A stretch of 64,000 nt of DNA from an uncultured Fibrobacterota bacterium (GTDB taxonomy: Bacteria; Fibrobacterota; Chitinivibrionia; Chitinivibrionales; FEN-1185): assembly GCA_963753345.1 (NCBI GenBank), contig CAVWBU010000047.1:166002-230001 (forward strand), read 5' to 3'. The notes below the pieces were generated by a model, which saw only the letters and a program-made list of their open reading frames with translations, had not been told where the DNA came from and did not search any database. How positions within the stretch are numbered: position 1 is the stretch's first letter; each line of letters starts with the position of its first letter. Below are positions 1 through 10,010 of this stretch, piece by piece. Made by a program: the position numbers and the translations under genes.

Positions 1-1
1 C

Positions 2-136
2 ACAATTATTTCACGAAACGTCAAACTCTCGGAGGCCCCATCGTTTGGGAAGCCAATAATTCTGTATGATATCATGTCCTCCGGTGCGGAAAATTACCTG
101 AACCTTGCAAAGGAAATCATGCGCAATGGCGAGTAG
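2..136 (+). CDS. parA: ParA/Soj ATPase, 3' end (partial, runs off window)
   Basis: Frame 2 reads [44 protein letters not shown], the typical Soj C-terminus; overlaps the parB start. Confidence 0.93.
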   Translation, partial: TIISRNVKLSEAPSFGKPIILYDIMSSGAENYLNLAKEIMRNGE

Positions 137-1019
137 CGGTCATTCTCGAAGAGCACTGGGAAGAGGTCTTACAAACCTCATTCCGCAGGATAGCGAAGAA
201 AGGGGAAGCGACAACAAAGTTGTCCTCGTGGATTGCAATTCCATCCGGCCTAACCCATTTCAGCCCCGACGGGGATTCGACAAGGAAGAATTGGATGGAC
301 TGGCGGAAAGCATCAAAAACCAGGGCCTTCTTCAGCCGATCATCTTGAGAAAGAAGCTTGACGGATACGAAATTGTCTCGGGCGAACGCAGGTTTCGTGC
401 TCTTCGGCAACTGGGCCACGACAAAATTCCCTGCATCATTAAGCCGAAAATAGCCGACCGCGAAATGATAGAGATGGCGCTTGTGGAAAACATTCAACGC
501 GAGGACTTGAACGAAATCGAACAGGCCGCCGCATTTCAGAAGCTCATGCTTGAATGCGGGCTTTCACATGAAGAACTGTCGAAAAAGGTGGGAAAAAGCA
601 GGAGCGCCATTACCAATACGCTTCGATTGTTGAAACTGCCCGAGGAGCTCCAGCGGCGATTAATCCGGGGCGAATTAACCATGGGGCACGCGAGGGCGCT
701 GCTGTCGGTCGAGGGCGATTTGGAGCAGAAAGCACTCGGGGAGAGGATCGTTTCCGAGAACCTTTCCGTGCGAGAAGTTGAAGAGATTGTTCAGCATGGC
801 AGGCAGAGAAGAACATTTTTGAAAGCGGGTTCTTCAAAGAAACGGCCACTGGAGCACCAAGATCCGAACATGGTCGTGCTTGTTGAGAAGCTAATCCACA
901 GGTTTGGAACCAAGGTATCTATTATAGGATTGCAGAATCACAAGGGCAAAATAGAGATCTATTTTCATGATATGGCCGATTTCAACAGGATTTCAGACCT
1001 TCTCTCCCACGGACAGTAG
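126..1019 (+). CDS. parB: ParB/Spo0J chromosome partitioning protein
   Basis: RALGRGL N-terminal peptide, [28 protein letters not shown] and HTH ([12 protein letters not shown]). Confidence 0.96.
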   Translation: MASSGHSRRALGRGLTNLIPQDSEERGSDNKVVLVDCNSIRPNPFQPRRGFDKEELDGLAESIKNQGLLQPIILRKKLDGYEIVSGERRFRALRQLGHDKIPCIIKPKIADREMIEMALVENIQREDLNEIEQAAAFQKLMLECGLSHEELSKKVGKSRSAITNTLRLLKLPEELQRRLIRGELTMGHARALLSVEGDLEQKALGERIVSENLSVREVEEIVQHGRQRRTFLKAGSSKKRPLEHQDPNMVVLVEKLIHRFGTKVSIIGLQNHKGKIEIYFHDMADFNRISDLLSHGQ

Positions 1020-1096
1020 TATGTTCGTTTCATCAGAGCAATTAGGAAGTGCTGTTCCTGTTTTCCGGAATGGCACCGTTAACCAGCGAAAGTGAA

Positions 1097-1966
1097 ATGC
1101 AGAGAAAAAAATATTACACAATAATGTTTATTCCGGAGGGCAACCTTCGGACATTTTCCATGCATGTCCATAGAAACATTGTGTACTCATTAGGCGCATT
1201 TCTTCTAATCTTTTTTGTCGGTTTTATCCTTCTGGTCGTAAAGTCAGGAGAGATTGCAGCAAAACTCCAGCTTGTTTATATTCTTACCCTTGAGAACAAG
1301 AGGTTAAAGGAAGAGAAGGGAAAGATCACCTACGTGGCAGCCAAGCAGGACAGAATAGAACAGATGGGGCGCTATCTGCAGAGAATTGGAAGGTCGGTAA
1401 GTGCCGATCAAAAGAAAAGTCAGAGTTCCCTGCTGGCTCTTAAGGGTAACAGTCACGGCGTTGTTCCGCGGGACAATATTGACGAAATGATAGATAGCCT
1501 TGCAGAGCCGTCGACAAGCAGGGTAGACGATGCGGGCAAGCGGAGTGTTGCAAGAGAAATGTCTCTCGCGGCACTTCCAAATATTCAGCCTGTTGTTGAC
1601 GGGTGGATAACAAGGGGGTATCTGGTTGAGGCCAACGACACCGAACAAGCGCACAACGGTGTTGACTATGCCGCAACGCAGGGCTCATTGATTCGCGCAA
1701 CAGCACCGGGAATTGTTGACAATGTCGTCAACGACAGATACTTTGGACTTCTGCTTACCATCAAGCACGCGTATGGAATGTCAACGAGGTACGGCCATTG
1801 TCTGCAGATTCTTGTGTCGAAGGGTGATCACGTTGAACGCGGTCAGACGGTGGCCCTGGTCGGAAACACAGGGCGGTCCTCCGCGCCGCACCTGCACTAC
1901 GAAGTGCTTAAAGACGGCAAGAATGTCGACCCGACAAATTATATTGTGACCACGAGCGAGAAATGA
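1097..1966 (+). CDS. M23 family metallopeptidase with N-terminal TM and coiled coil
   Basis: HNGVD and PHLHYEV zinc motifs; KYYTIMFIPE N-terminus followed by a TM helix. Confidence 0.92.
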   Translation: MQRKKYYTIMFIPEGNLRTFSMHVHRNIVYSLGAFLLIFFVGFILLVVKSGEIAAKLQLVYILTLENKRLKEEKGKITYVAAKQDRIEQMGRYLQRIGRSVSADQKKSQSSLLALKGNSHGVVPRDNIDEMIDSLAEPSTSRVDDAGKRSVAREMSLAALPNIQPVVDGWITRGYLVEANDTEQAHNGVDYAATQGSLIRATAPGIVDNVVNDRYFGLLLTIKHAYGMSTRYGHCLQILVSKGDHVERGQTVALVGNTGRSSAPHLHYEVLKDGKNVDPTNYIVTTSEK

Positions 1967-2349
1967 AAACAACGGTCTTATCACAGGAGCGAAACATGGA
2001 CAAAAGCAACGACAAAGGATTGCACACAATCCTGGGGGAAGGTACGGTCTTTGAAGGAACCCTTTCGGTACCTCACAGCGTTCGCATAGACGGCCAGCTT
2101 AAGGGAAAACTGGAAACCTCGGAAACACTAACGGTGGGAAGCAAGGGCCTTGTCGAGGCAGACATTGTTGCAAAGAATGCCATTATTGGGGGCAGCATAC
2201 GAGGAAACATGTCGGTGGAAGACCGGATTGAACTCGAGGCAACAGCATCTCTTGTCGGAGATTTGAAGACTCGTGATCTGGTAATCAATGAAGGTGCCAC
2301 ATTTCACGGAAATTGTCTGATGGATACGGGAAAGAACGTTCGCGTATAG
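1963..2349 (+). CDS. Bactofilin (polymer-forming cytoskeletal protein, CcmA family)
   Basis: TILGEGTVFEGTL...VRIDG...LVINEGATFHGNC beta-helix repeats; start may be 1996. Confidence 0.93.
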   Translation: MKTTVLSQERNMDKSNDKGLHTILGEGTVFEGTLSVPHSVRIDGQLKGKLETSETLTVGSKGLVEADIVAKNAIIGGSIRGNMSVEDRIELEATASLVGDLKTRDLVINEGATFHGNCLMDTGKNVRV

Positions 2350-2421
2350 CGCAGCGTGCTGTTTGGCCGAACCATTGAAAACAGGCTGGCTTGAGGGACA
2401 TGGCTCCATATTGAGGACCGG

Positions 2422-2580
2422 TGTTGACAACTGTTCGCAGCCAACTGCAACAATATCACATTGATAAAAAACAAGTTACAGCAAGAGCATTCTTGAGCCA
2501 ACAAGTTATCAACACGGCTTTCTTCCACCCCTGGTCAATGTTGACAACAAGTTCTGCGAGCTCCCCCTGTTCATTCCACA
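2422..2580. promoter_or_regulatory. Cluster of DnaA-box-like 9-mers, candidate oriC segment
   Basis: TTATCAACA 2506-2514; TGTTGACAA 2422-2430 and 2539-2547; weaker CATTGATAA 2459-2467 and CATTCCACA 2572-2580; non-coding gap between convergent genes near parAB. Confidence 0.45.
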
Positions 2581-2745
2581 ACATTCCCCGTAACTGCTGA
2601 TTGCGGTCGGCCACAGACGCGGCCAGGGGCACACGGGCAGTTTTACCGCACGTAAAGATGATGGCGGCACAACCAGTCCGGTGTGTCAAGGCGTCCGTTC
2701 GAGGGGCTTTGTGAAAGAGTCCAAACGTAAACAGCGCGCGGGATT

Positions 2746-3462
2746 TCACTCGAGGGACGCAAGAATTTTCTCCGCAGCATCCGCAGGATTCTTGTCCTCA
2801 GTAACCGCACGGCCTATGACGAGGAGGGTCGCACCGTTTTGCAGTGCCTCCTTCGGCGTCGTCACGCGCTTTTGATCGTGAGGGTCGCCGTGTTTGAGCC
2901 TGATTCCGGGAGTGACGATTTCGAAACCATCGGGCAGTAGCGGCTTTACGTGCGGGAGGTCTGCGGCAGAGCACACGATGCCGTCGAGCAGCGCGTCAAC
3001 AGCGCGCAGGGCGAGGATTTTGATGTGCTGCTCAAGGGCAACCGAAACGTTAAGCTCGTTGAGGAGGGCAGAGGCGTCAATACTGGTAAGCAGGGTGACG
3101 CCAATTATTTTTGTTGGCGCAAGTCCTTCGCTGTTTGCTTCGCGCGCGGCAGAGCAGGCGGCCTTCATCATTTCTGATCCGCCTTGAGCGTGGACCGTCA
3201 TAAAATGCACGCCGAGGCGTGACGCAGCGAGAACCGCGTTTGCAACAGTATGCGGAATATCGTGAAATTTTAGATCGAGAAATACTTTGCGCCCCGATTC
3301 GAAGACGCAGTCGAGTATGGACGGACCAAACCGGGTGTAAAGTTCGAGTCCGACCTTAAAGGTCCCAAAACAATGCTTTGTCTGGGCAACGAGCGACTTC
3401 ACGTCGGCGGGAGATCGTAAGTTGTCAAGGGCAAGGGCGAGATTTTCGGATCTGTCCTTCAT
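2746..3462 (-). CDS. pyrF: Orotidine-5'-phosphate decarboxylase
   Basis: LALALD, FKVG, VFLDLKFHDIPHTV, VTPGIR, DQKRV, VIGRAV; likely start MKDRSEN at 3462. Confidence 0.96.
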   Translation of the reverse strand: MKDRSENLALALDNLRSPADVKSLVAQTKHCFGTFKVGLELYTRFGPSILDCVFESGRKVFLDLKFHDIPHTVANAVLAASRLGVHFMTVHAQGGSEMMKAACSAAREANSEGLAPTKIIGVTLLTSIDASALLNELNVSVALEQHIKILALRAVDALLDGIVCSAADLPHVKPLLPDGFEIVTPGIRLKHGDPHDQKRVTTPKEALQNGATLLVIGRAVTEDKNPADAAEKILASLE

Positions 3463-3994
3463 TCCGTAAAAATAATCAATGGCAGCGCTTTTCAAAACGG
3501 AAACAGCGGAAACTATTGGAGAAAGGGCGTTCCGGGAAGAAAGCCCCCGCTCTCGCCACGGGCGCCTTCCGCTGCGGGGGATTGCGTTGACACATGCGAT
3601 GAAGAACAAAGAGGAAAAGAAGAGCTTCGCCTCCACTCACGGCATATTTTTTGATCTCACTACTGGGAACTTGGTTGTTCGCTTGGATAGCGCGCAGATC
3701 CGCAAAGCGGCGTGTGCTTGCTACCCAAAGCAGAATTCCCCGTAAAATGGTGTTAGTTCAAAAAATTATGGATCACGCGAGCAAGACGAAGCTCAACGGA
3801 GAATATAATCAATATTTTCAAAAAAAGATCACTTTTGAATGAAATAGTTTTAGAAAATCGGCTCTTATATCCTTAATAGAGGAAGCCGCCGGCACATTGA
3901 CGGTGTGCAGGCTTGACGTTAGTTGTTTTGCAAATGGGGGAGGATTAGGTATATTATGTTTTCATATGTATTACCAAGAGACAAAGAGGCACCG

Positions 3995-5362
3995 GTGAGC
4001 AGTTTTCTTGTTGATGGCGGATTTTCCCTCAAGGGAAGCATTGCGACCTCGGGGAACAAAAATGAAGCATTGCCGGTCATCGTCGCAGCGATGGCATGCG
4101 GGGAAACGGTGACGCTGTGTAATGTTCCGGACATCGGAGACGTGCGCAACATGTTATCGATTGCGGCGCATCTTGGCGCGCACGTATCGGCATTGCGGGA
4201 TGGAAAGGTAGTCATTTGCGTTCCCGACGCCCCGGCCTCCGAGCTGCCTCTTGCAATGTCAAGCACAATCCGTGGCTCGATTCTGTTTGCCTCGGCGCTC
4301 CTCGTGAGAACGGGAAAGGCCGTGATACCACAGCCCGGTGGGGACTCAATTGGAAGAAGAAGGCTCGATACGCATTTTCTGGTCTTCCGGGCGCTGGGCG
4401 CGACCCTTACGATACGCCATGCCCATCCTCGGCAACCGTCATCCTCCGTGCTTTACATTCTGGAGGCCCGGAAAGGGCTGCGCGGGGCCGAGATATGCCT
4501 CGATGAAGCCTCGGTTACGGCCACCGAGAATGCAATCATTGCGGCCGCCGGAGCGAAGGGAAAAACAACCATTGTCAACGCAGCGTCGGAACCGCATGTG
4601 CAGGGATTGTGCAGGTTTCTTATGGCCGCCGGCGTGCGCATCGAGGGGGTCGGTTCCAATGTCCTCGCCGTCCATGGGGCCGCAAGATTCAATGCCGTGC
4701 GCCATTCAATTGGAAGCGATTACATCGAAGCAGGCTCTTTTGTCGGACTTGCGGCGGCAACGCGCTCGGAATTGACAATCACGAATGTGGATATACAGCA
4801 CATGAAGATGATCCTCTTCCAATATGCACGGCTCGGCGTGCGCGCGGAGGCGGACAGCCGGCGGCGATCGCTGCTGGTGCCCCGGCGCCAGGCCATGCGC
4901 ACGCGGGAAGATCTCGGCGGCGCCATACCCAAGATCGATGACAATGTCTGGCCGGCCTTTCCTGCGGATTTGATGTCTATTATGATCGTTGTTGCCACCC
5001 AAGCAAAGGGAACAACGCTTCTCCACGAGAAGATGTTCGAATCACGACTGTTTTTTGTTGACAAATTGATAGCCATGGGCGCCCACATTGTTCTGTGCGA
5101 CCCGCATCGGGCGGTGGTGACGGGCCCCTCGGCACTTGTGGGATCGACCATATCCTCGCCCGATATACGCGCGGGCATGGCACTTCTCATTGCGGCATGC
5201 GCGGCGGGAGGTGCCAGCCGGATCCACAACATCGAGCAGATTGACAGAGGATACGAGCGCATCGACGCAAGGCTTGCCGCTCTGGGCGCGCATATTACCC
5301 GGACCCCGGACCGCCGCACAGGCGGTTTGACGCCCGGGAAGCCGCAGGTAGCAGGCTCATGA
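3995..5362 (+). CDS. murA: UDP-N-acetylglucosamine 1-carboxyvinyltransferase (Asp-type active site)
   Basis: SGNKNEALP, PGGDSIGRRRLDTH, SVTATEN, WPAFPAD, SPDIRAG, IDRGYE; GTG start after GAGG. Confidence 0.95.
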   Translation: MSSFLVDGGFSLKGSIATSGNKNEALPVIVAAMACGETVTLCNVPDIGDVRNMLSIAAHLGAHVSALRDGKVVICVPDAPASELPLAMSSTIRGSILFASALLVRTGKAVIPQPGGDSIGRRRLDTHFLVFRALGATLTIRHAHPRQPSSSVLYILEARKGLRGAEICLDEASVTATENAIIAAAGAKGKTTIVNAASEPHVQGLCRFLMAAGVRIEGVGSNVLAVHGAARFNAVRHSIGSDYIEAGSFVGLAAATRSELTITNVDIQHMKMILFQYARLGVRAEADSRRRSLLVPRRQAMRTREDLGGAIPKIDDNVWPAFPADLMSIMIVVATQAKGTTLLHEKMFESRLFFVDKLIAMGAHIVLCDPHRAVVTGPSALVGSTISSPDIRAGMALLIAACAAGGASRIHNIEQIDRGYERIDARLAALGAHITRTPDRRTGGLTPGKPQVAGS

Positions 5363-5922
5363 GGCTTCGCGAGGTCGCTATTGCGGGCGTTGTTCTTGTT
5401 GTCGCATGCGCAGCACCTATCAAACAATTCTATCCCGGAACGTTTTTTCCCGCAGAGCGCACCTACCAGAACAAACCTATCGGGTTTTCCCTGACCTACA
5501 AGGGGAGTTGGGAGCTGACGACAAACCCAAATGAAATGAGGGAAAACAGGGCCTTCGCCCAGGAACTCCATAAAACGGGCGTTGAACTGCTTTTTGTCGG
5601 TTTTACCGCGGAAAAGACCCAGGGAACGCGCTGTATCGCGAGCAACACAAACGAAGCAACCAGGGAATATGCGGAACAGATTCATCGCCTCAACAAGGAA
5701 CAAATCGAAAGCGACAGCGGGCTTGCGGACGATACGGTGCATACAGTCCCCATGGTGCGATGGGAGTACTCGAAGAACGAAATTCAGTTTGTTGAATTCT
5801 TTTTTGCGGTTGACACCTACAACATGCGGATTGCGTTCTGGACCACACCGCTCTTGTACGGAAAATTCTATCCGGTTTACCGAGAGATCCTGGGAACGCT
5901 GCAATTGACAGACCGGTATTAA
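5359..5922 (+). CDS. Hypothetical lipoprotein
   Basis: Signal peptide with lipobox-like VVAC; overlaps murA stop (ATGA). Confidence 0.7.
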   Translation: MRLREVAIAGVVLVVACAAPIKQFYPGTFFPAERTYQNKPIGFSLTYKGSWELTTNPNEMRENRAFAQELHKTGVELLFVGFTAEKTQGTRCIASNTNEATREYAEQIHRLNKEQIESDSGLADDTVHTVPMVRWEYSKNEIQFVEFFFAVDTYNMRIAFWTTPLLYGKFYPVYREILGTLQLTDRY

Positions 5923-5965
5923 TCCGGAGATGCCTGCAACAGGAGGCGTCTGAGGAGGACGGACA

Positions 5966-8712
5966 ATGATAGTCAATAACCTTCGGCTTCTCCTCGAGAA
6001 GCTTGACGAAAGCTGCACGAAAACGCTCGAATCGTCCATCGGGATGTGCGTGAACAGGGGACACTACGAGGTCCGATGGGAGCATCTGCTTGCCGAATTC
6101 CTCGACGATCCGCAGGGCGATGTGGCGGCGATCTTGGAGCGGTTCAAGGTTGACGCCGCCGCGCTCAGAAAGGCGCTCAATCGGGAGCTCGAAAACCTTC
6201 AAAGCGGCAACAGCGGCAGGCCGTCGTTTTCACCGCCGCTTATCGAGGCTTTTGAGCATGCGTGGAGCATTGGCACCTTGTGCTATGCGCTATCCTCGAT
6301 AACGCCGGGCACGTTGTTTGTTGCAATGCTGGAAAAAGGACAATTCTCATCAACGGCCTACGGTGATTTGCTTAAACCGGTGAACCTCGAAACGCTCAGG
6401 AACGAATTTCTTTCCATTGTCAAGCCGTCAACGGCACAAACCGCGGGAACGGCCCGTCGCAGAACGGCCCGCAGGTTCCGGCTCACCCGGAGGGGCGCAC
6501 GATACGCTCAGGCAGTTCTGCACAAATTTCACGGAGGAAGCAAGGGCGGGAAAGATAGACCCGGTTCTCGGCCGCGACGACGAAATTCGCCAGGCAATGG
6601 ACATCCTCAACCGCAGGAGGAAGAACAACCCCATTCTCGTCGGAGAAGCAGGCGTCGGCAAAACCGCGATCGTGGAGGGTATAGCGCTGCGCATTGCAAC
6701 CGGCGACGTTCCGGCCAATCTGGTGAACGTCGACGTGTGGGGACTCGACCTGGGGCTTCTTCAGGCCGGCGCATCCGTAAAGGGAGAATTCGAAAAGCGG
6801 CTCAAGAGCGTCATCGACGCGGTGAGGAACAATGCCGCTTCCACCATTCTCTTCATCGACGAGGCCCATACGCTGATCGGGGCTGGGGGAGCGGTCGGGC
6901 AGGGCGACGCAGCCAATCTTCTCAAGCCGGCGCTTGCCCGCGGCGACTTACGCGCGTGTGCCGCCACCACGTGGTCCGAATACCGGAAGTATTTCGAAAA
7001 AGACCCCGCCTTAGCACGAAGGTTCCAGCTTGTAAAGGTGGAGGAACCGGACGAAGAAACTTGCGCCGTGATGCTTCGAGGCGCAGCGGACGGCTTTGAG
7101 AAGCATCACGGCGTGCACATTACCCAGGCAGGTCTCGATGCGGCCGTGACCCTTTCGCACCGGTATATCTCCGGCAGGCAACTGCCCGACAAGGCCGTCG
7201 ACGTGCTTGACACCGCCTGCGCCCGCGTGAAAATGAGCCAGAGCGTGAAGCCGGCATCGCTTGACAACGCGGAACGTTCGCTGCGCAACGCGGAGCTGGA
7301 GAAGGCGAAGCTGGAGCGGGACCGGGATGCCGGGCTGCCCGTTGCCGCCGAACAGATTGACGATTGCGATAAGCGCGTTGCTTCAAAACGGGCGGAGATT
7401 TCGAGCGTGGCGGAACAGTGGGACAAGGAGAAGACTCATGGAGAAAAGATCCGACAGCTGCATGACACGTTGCTATCACTGCGGAAAAGCAATGCAGGGG
7501 TCGCCGAGGTCTCAAACGAGCTTGCGGCAATGAAGAGCGAACTTGAGGCGCTTGCCGCGATTCAGGGGGACAATCCCCTTGTGTTCCCGAATGTCTCTGC
7601 CGGCGTGTGCGGCCGGGTGGTTTCCGACTGGACAGGCATTCCGGTTGGGTCAATGGTGAAAGACGAAGCAGAGACGCTGCTTGCGCTTGAAACCAGGCTG
7701 GGAGAAAGGATTATCGGTCAGGACGGCGCGCTCGCCGCTCTCGCGAGCAGGATCCGCGCCTCGAAGACGGGCATGGGCAATCCCGATGCGCCCATCGGTG
7801 TTTTTCTGTTCACCGGCCCGTCGGGCGTTGGAAAGACCGAATGCGCGCGTGCGCTCGCCGACATCCTTTTCGGTGGTGAGAAATTCATCACCACGATCAA
7901 CATGTCGGAATACCAGGAAAAGCACACGGTCTCCCAGCTCAAGGGCTCGCCTCCGGGGTATGTGGGCTACGGCGAAGGCGGCGTTCTCACCGAAGCCGTG
8001 CGCCAGAAACCGTATTCAATCGTTCTTCTTGACGAAGTCGAAAAAGCCCACATTGAGGTAATGAACCTTTTCTATCAGGTTTTTGATAAAGGTTTCATGC
8101 GGGACGGCGAAGGCCGCGAAATAAACTTCAGAAACACCATCATCATCATGACCTCGAACCTTGCATCCGAGACCATCGTGGAACTGTGCACCCGGAAACA
8201 GGCACGGCAGCCGACCGCAGAGGAGATCATTGCCGCCGTCAGGCCGGAGCTATCGGCCCATTTTCAGCCGGCTCTGCTTGCGCGATGCACCATTGTGCCG
8301 TTCAGGCCGCTTGACAAAGAAGTAATGAAGGGCGTTGTGGCGATGAAACTCGACGTCGTTGCGCAGCGTCTCAGGCGGGTTCATGGGATCACCCTCTCGA
8401 TTTCTCCTTCGCTGGTCGACACGATTGCGGAGAGCTGCACCGCCATCGAGGCGGGGGCGCGCAATGCCGACGCAGTGATCGACGGCGCCCTCCTGCCGGG
8501 CATTTCACGGCGGCTGCTCAGCGCACATGGGCAAGGAGAACAGGGCGTACACCCGGCTCCATGTCGCGCCCATGCAAGCGGGGGAGTTTGAGATTGTGTT
8601 TCTGGAGGAAGGGGATGCCGAACCCGGAGACACAAAGAGCACGAAACGGAAAAGAAAGCAAAAGAAGGGGCAATCCGACGTGGAGCATCAGGATCAGCGA
8701 CAAGGCACTTGA
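5966..8712 (+). CDS. tssH: ClpV/TssH type VI secretion AAA+ ATPase, broken by two frameshifts (~6430, ~8520)
   Basis: RGHYEVRWEHLL N-domain; IDPVLGRDDEIRQ, GEAGVGKT, DLGLLQAGASVKGEFE, AATTWSEYRKYFEKDPAL, RYISGRQLPDKAV, GPSGVGKTE; pieces in ORFs 5966, 6417 and 8527. Confidence 0.85.
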
Positions 8713-8852
8713 CTTTCAGTGGTCACAACGGATTCGCGGTGGATATGGAATCCTTCCTGCAGCCGTCACTTACCCTGTTTCATACGTTTTAGGTGGGATA
8801 AAAAAGGGACGCCCGGTTCGGTGTTCCTGCGTCGAGAGAAATCGTTACTGGC

Positions 8853-9602
8853 TCACGCCAATGGGGTTTCCTGCTTTTTCTCGAGGGGTTCTTCTCGCCA
8901 CACGAAAATCGCGCCGCAGCTCTGGCAGGTGAGGAGCTTTGTTCCCCTGCGGATTTCGTTGATAAGCTGCGTTTCAAGAACCTTGAAGCACGAGGAACAA
9001 GTCTGGTTGTCGATGCCGACAAAGCTGAGCACGCGCGCGTTCTTCCGGCGAGAGAGAATATGATCATAGGTTCTGAGAAGCGACTTCGGAATGCCGGCGG
9101 CAATGGCCGATCGTTCCTGTCTGAGGGTTGCCACGGAAGAATCTATGGATGCCACTTTCGTCTTGAGGTCGGCAATTCTTGGTTCACTCTCTGTCTTGAC
9201 CTTCTCGAGATCGTCCTTTTTTGCTTCGAGCGATTGCGTAACCTTGTCCGCTTCGGCCATAAGGGTTCTCATCCGCGTGTCGGCGCCGGCAATGGTGCTC
9301 TTGAAGTTTTCGATCTCGGCGTGAACCGCGTCGTATTCCCGGTTGGTCTTTATTGAATTGAGCCGTTCCTGGCTTTTGTCAAGGGCAGTCTTCGCGTCCG
9401 CGACCTTCTCTTCAAAGGACCTCTTTTCCGCTGCATTTGCGTCCAGTTGGCTGTCGGCGCCGTCAACGGCTTTCTGCGCGTCCGCAATTGCCCGCTCCAG
9501 TTCCGCAAGTGATTTTGGCAGGCTGCTCTGGGATTGAATAAGGTCGTGTATGCGGAGATCGATTGTCTGAAGCTGTACCAGCAGTTCCAAATCCCGTATC
9601 AT
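8853..9602 (-). CDS. Coiled-coil C4-type zinc-ribbon protein (DUF164-like)
   Basis: LQTID start, long coiled coil with TNREY, CSSC...CQSCGAI zinc ribbon. Confidence 0.9.
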   Translation of the reverse strand: MIRDLELLVQLQTIDLRIHDLIQSQSSLPKSLAELERAIADAQKAVDGADSQLDANAAEKRSFEEKVADAKTALDKSQERLNSIKTNREYDAVHAEIENFKSTIAGADTRMRTLMAEADKVTQSLEAKKDDLEKVKTESEPRIADLKTKVASIDSSVATLRQERSAIAAGIPKSLLRTYDHILSRRKNARVLSFVGIDNQTCSSCFKVLETQLINEIRRGTKLLTCQSCGAIFVWREEPLEKKQETPLA

Positions 9603-9675
9603 TTCGCCTCCGGTGGCCGCAGAAGATTAAAGCATAGCGATAGTGGCGCACGTTCGGGAAAAGACCCGGCACACG

Positions 9676-9707
9676 AAAACAAAAAAGCACCTCTGTCTGA
9701 GAAGTGC
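9676..9707 (-). terminator. Intrinsic terminator downstream of the tRNA
   Basis: Minus strand GCACTTCT-CAGAC-AGAGGTGC followed by TTTTTTGTTTT. Confidence 0.7.
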
Positions 9708-9808
9708 CTTTGTGATTGTCGTTCGGCCTTATGAATCGCTGCGCCGAAAGTGAGAAACAACAGTATCCGCTCGCGCATGTCAAATTCCGGTTTTCTATGG
9801 AAAAGAAG

Positions 9809-9885
9809 TGGTGGGCCCACTAGGACTCGAACCTAGGACTAACGGATTATGAGTCCGCTACTCTAACCAACTGAGTTACGGGCCC
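9809..9885 (-). tRNA. tRNA-Ile2 (CAT anticodon, lysidine type; could be called Met)
   Basis: GGGCCCGTAACTCAGTTGGTTAGAGTAGCGGACTCATAATCCGTTAGTCCTAGGTTCGAGTCCTAGTGGGCCCACCA; cloverleaf with CT-CAT-AA loop and encoded CCA. Confidence 0.93.
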
Positions 9886-9899
9886 TCAAGGGTGTCCCA

Positions 9900-9929
9900 A
9901 ATATAATTCCTTGCCCACAAATTCTACAA
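9900..9929 (-). promoter_or_regulatory. Putative sigma70 promoter of the tRNA
   Basis: Minus strand TTGTAG-N18-TATATT, ~14 nt upstream of the tRNA 5' end. Confidence 0.4.
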
Positions 9930-10010
9930 GGAGAGATGGAAGATTTCCGGCGACAATCGCGGTGCGTACCAGCTTGCCTCCGCGGCGCGGAGAACGGGAG
10001 AAAATCGCGG

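Noticed and set aside
1-2349. parS sites near parAB (ATTTCACGAAAC at ~8, ATTTCACGGAAAT at ~2301)
   Set aside because: Neither fits the 16-bp TGTTTCACGTGAAACA palindrome, and both lie in coding sequence
4720-6039. Long antisense ORFs (439 aa here; also 33682-34512, 48599-49456)
   Set aside because: Shadows of well-supported genes on the opposite strand, with no recognisable motifs
8713-8852. Possible RNase P RNA downstream of the zinc-ribbon gene, a common gene order
   Set aside because: Only ~140 bp are available and there is no GAGGAAAGTCC or other rnpB core motif
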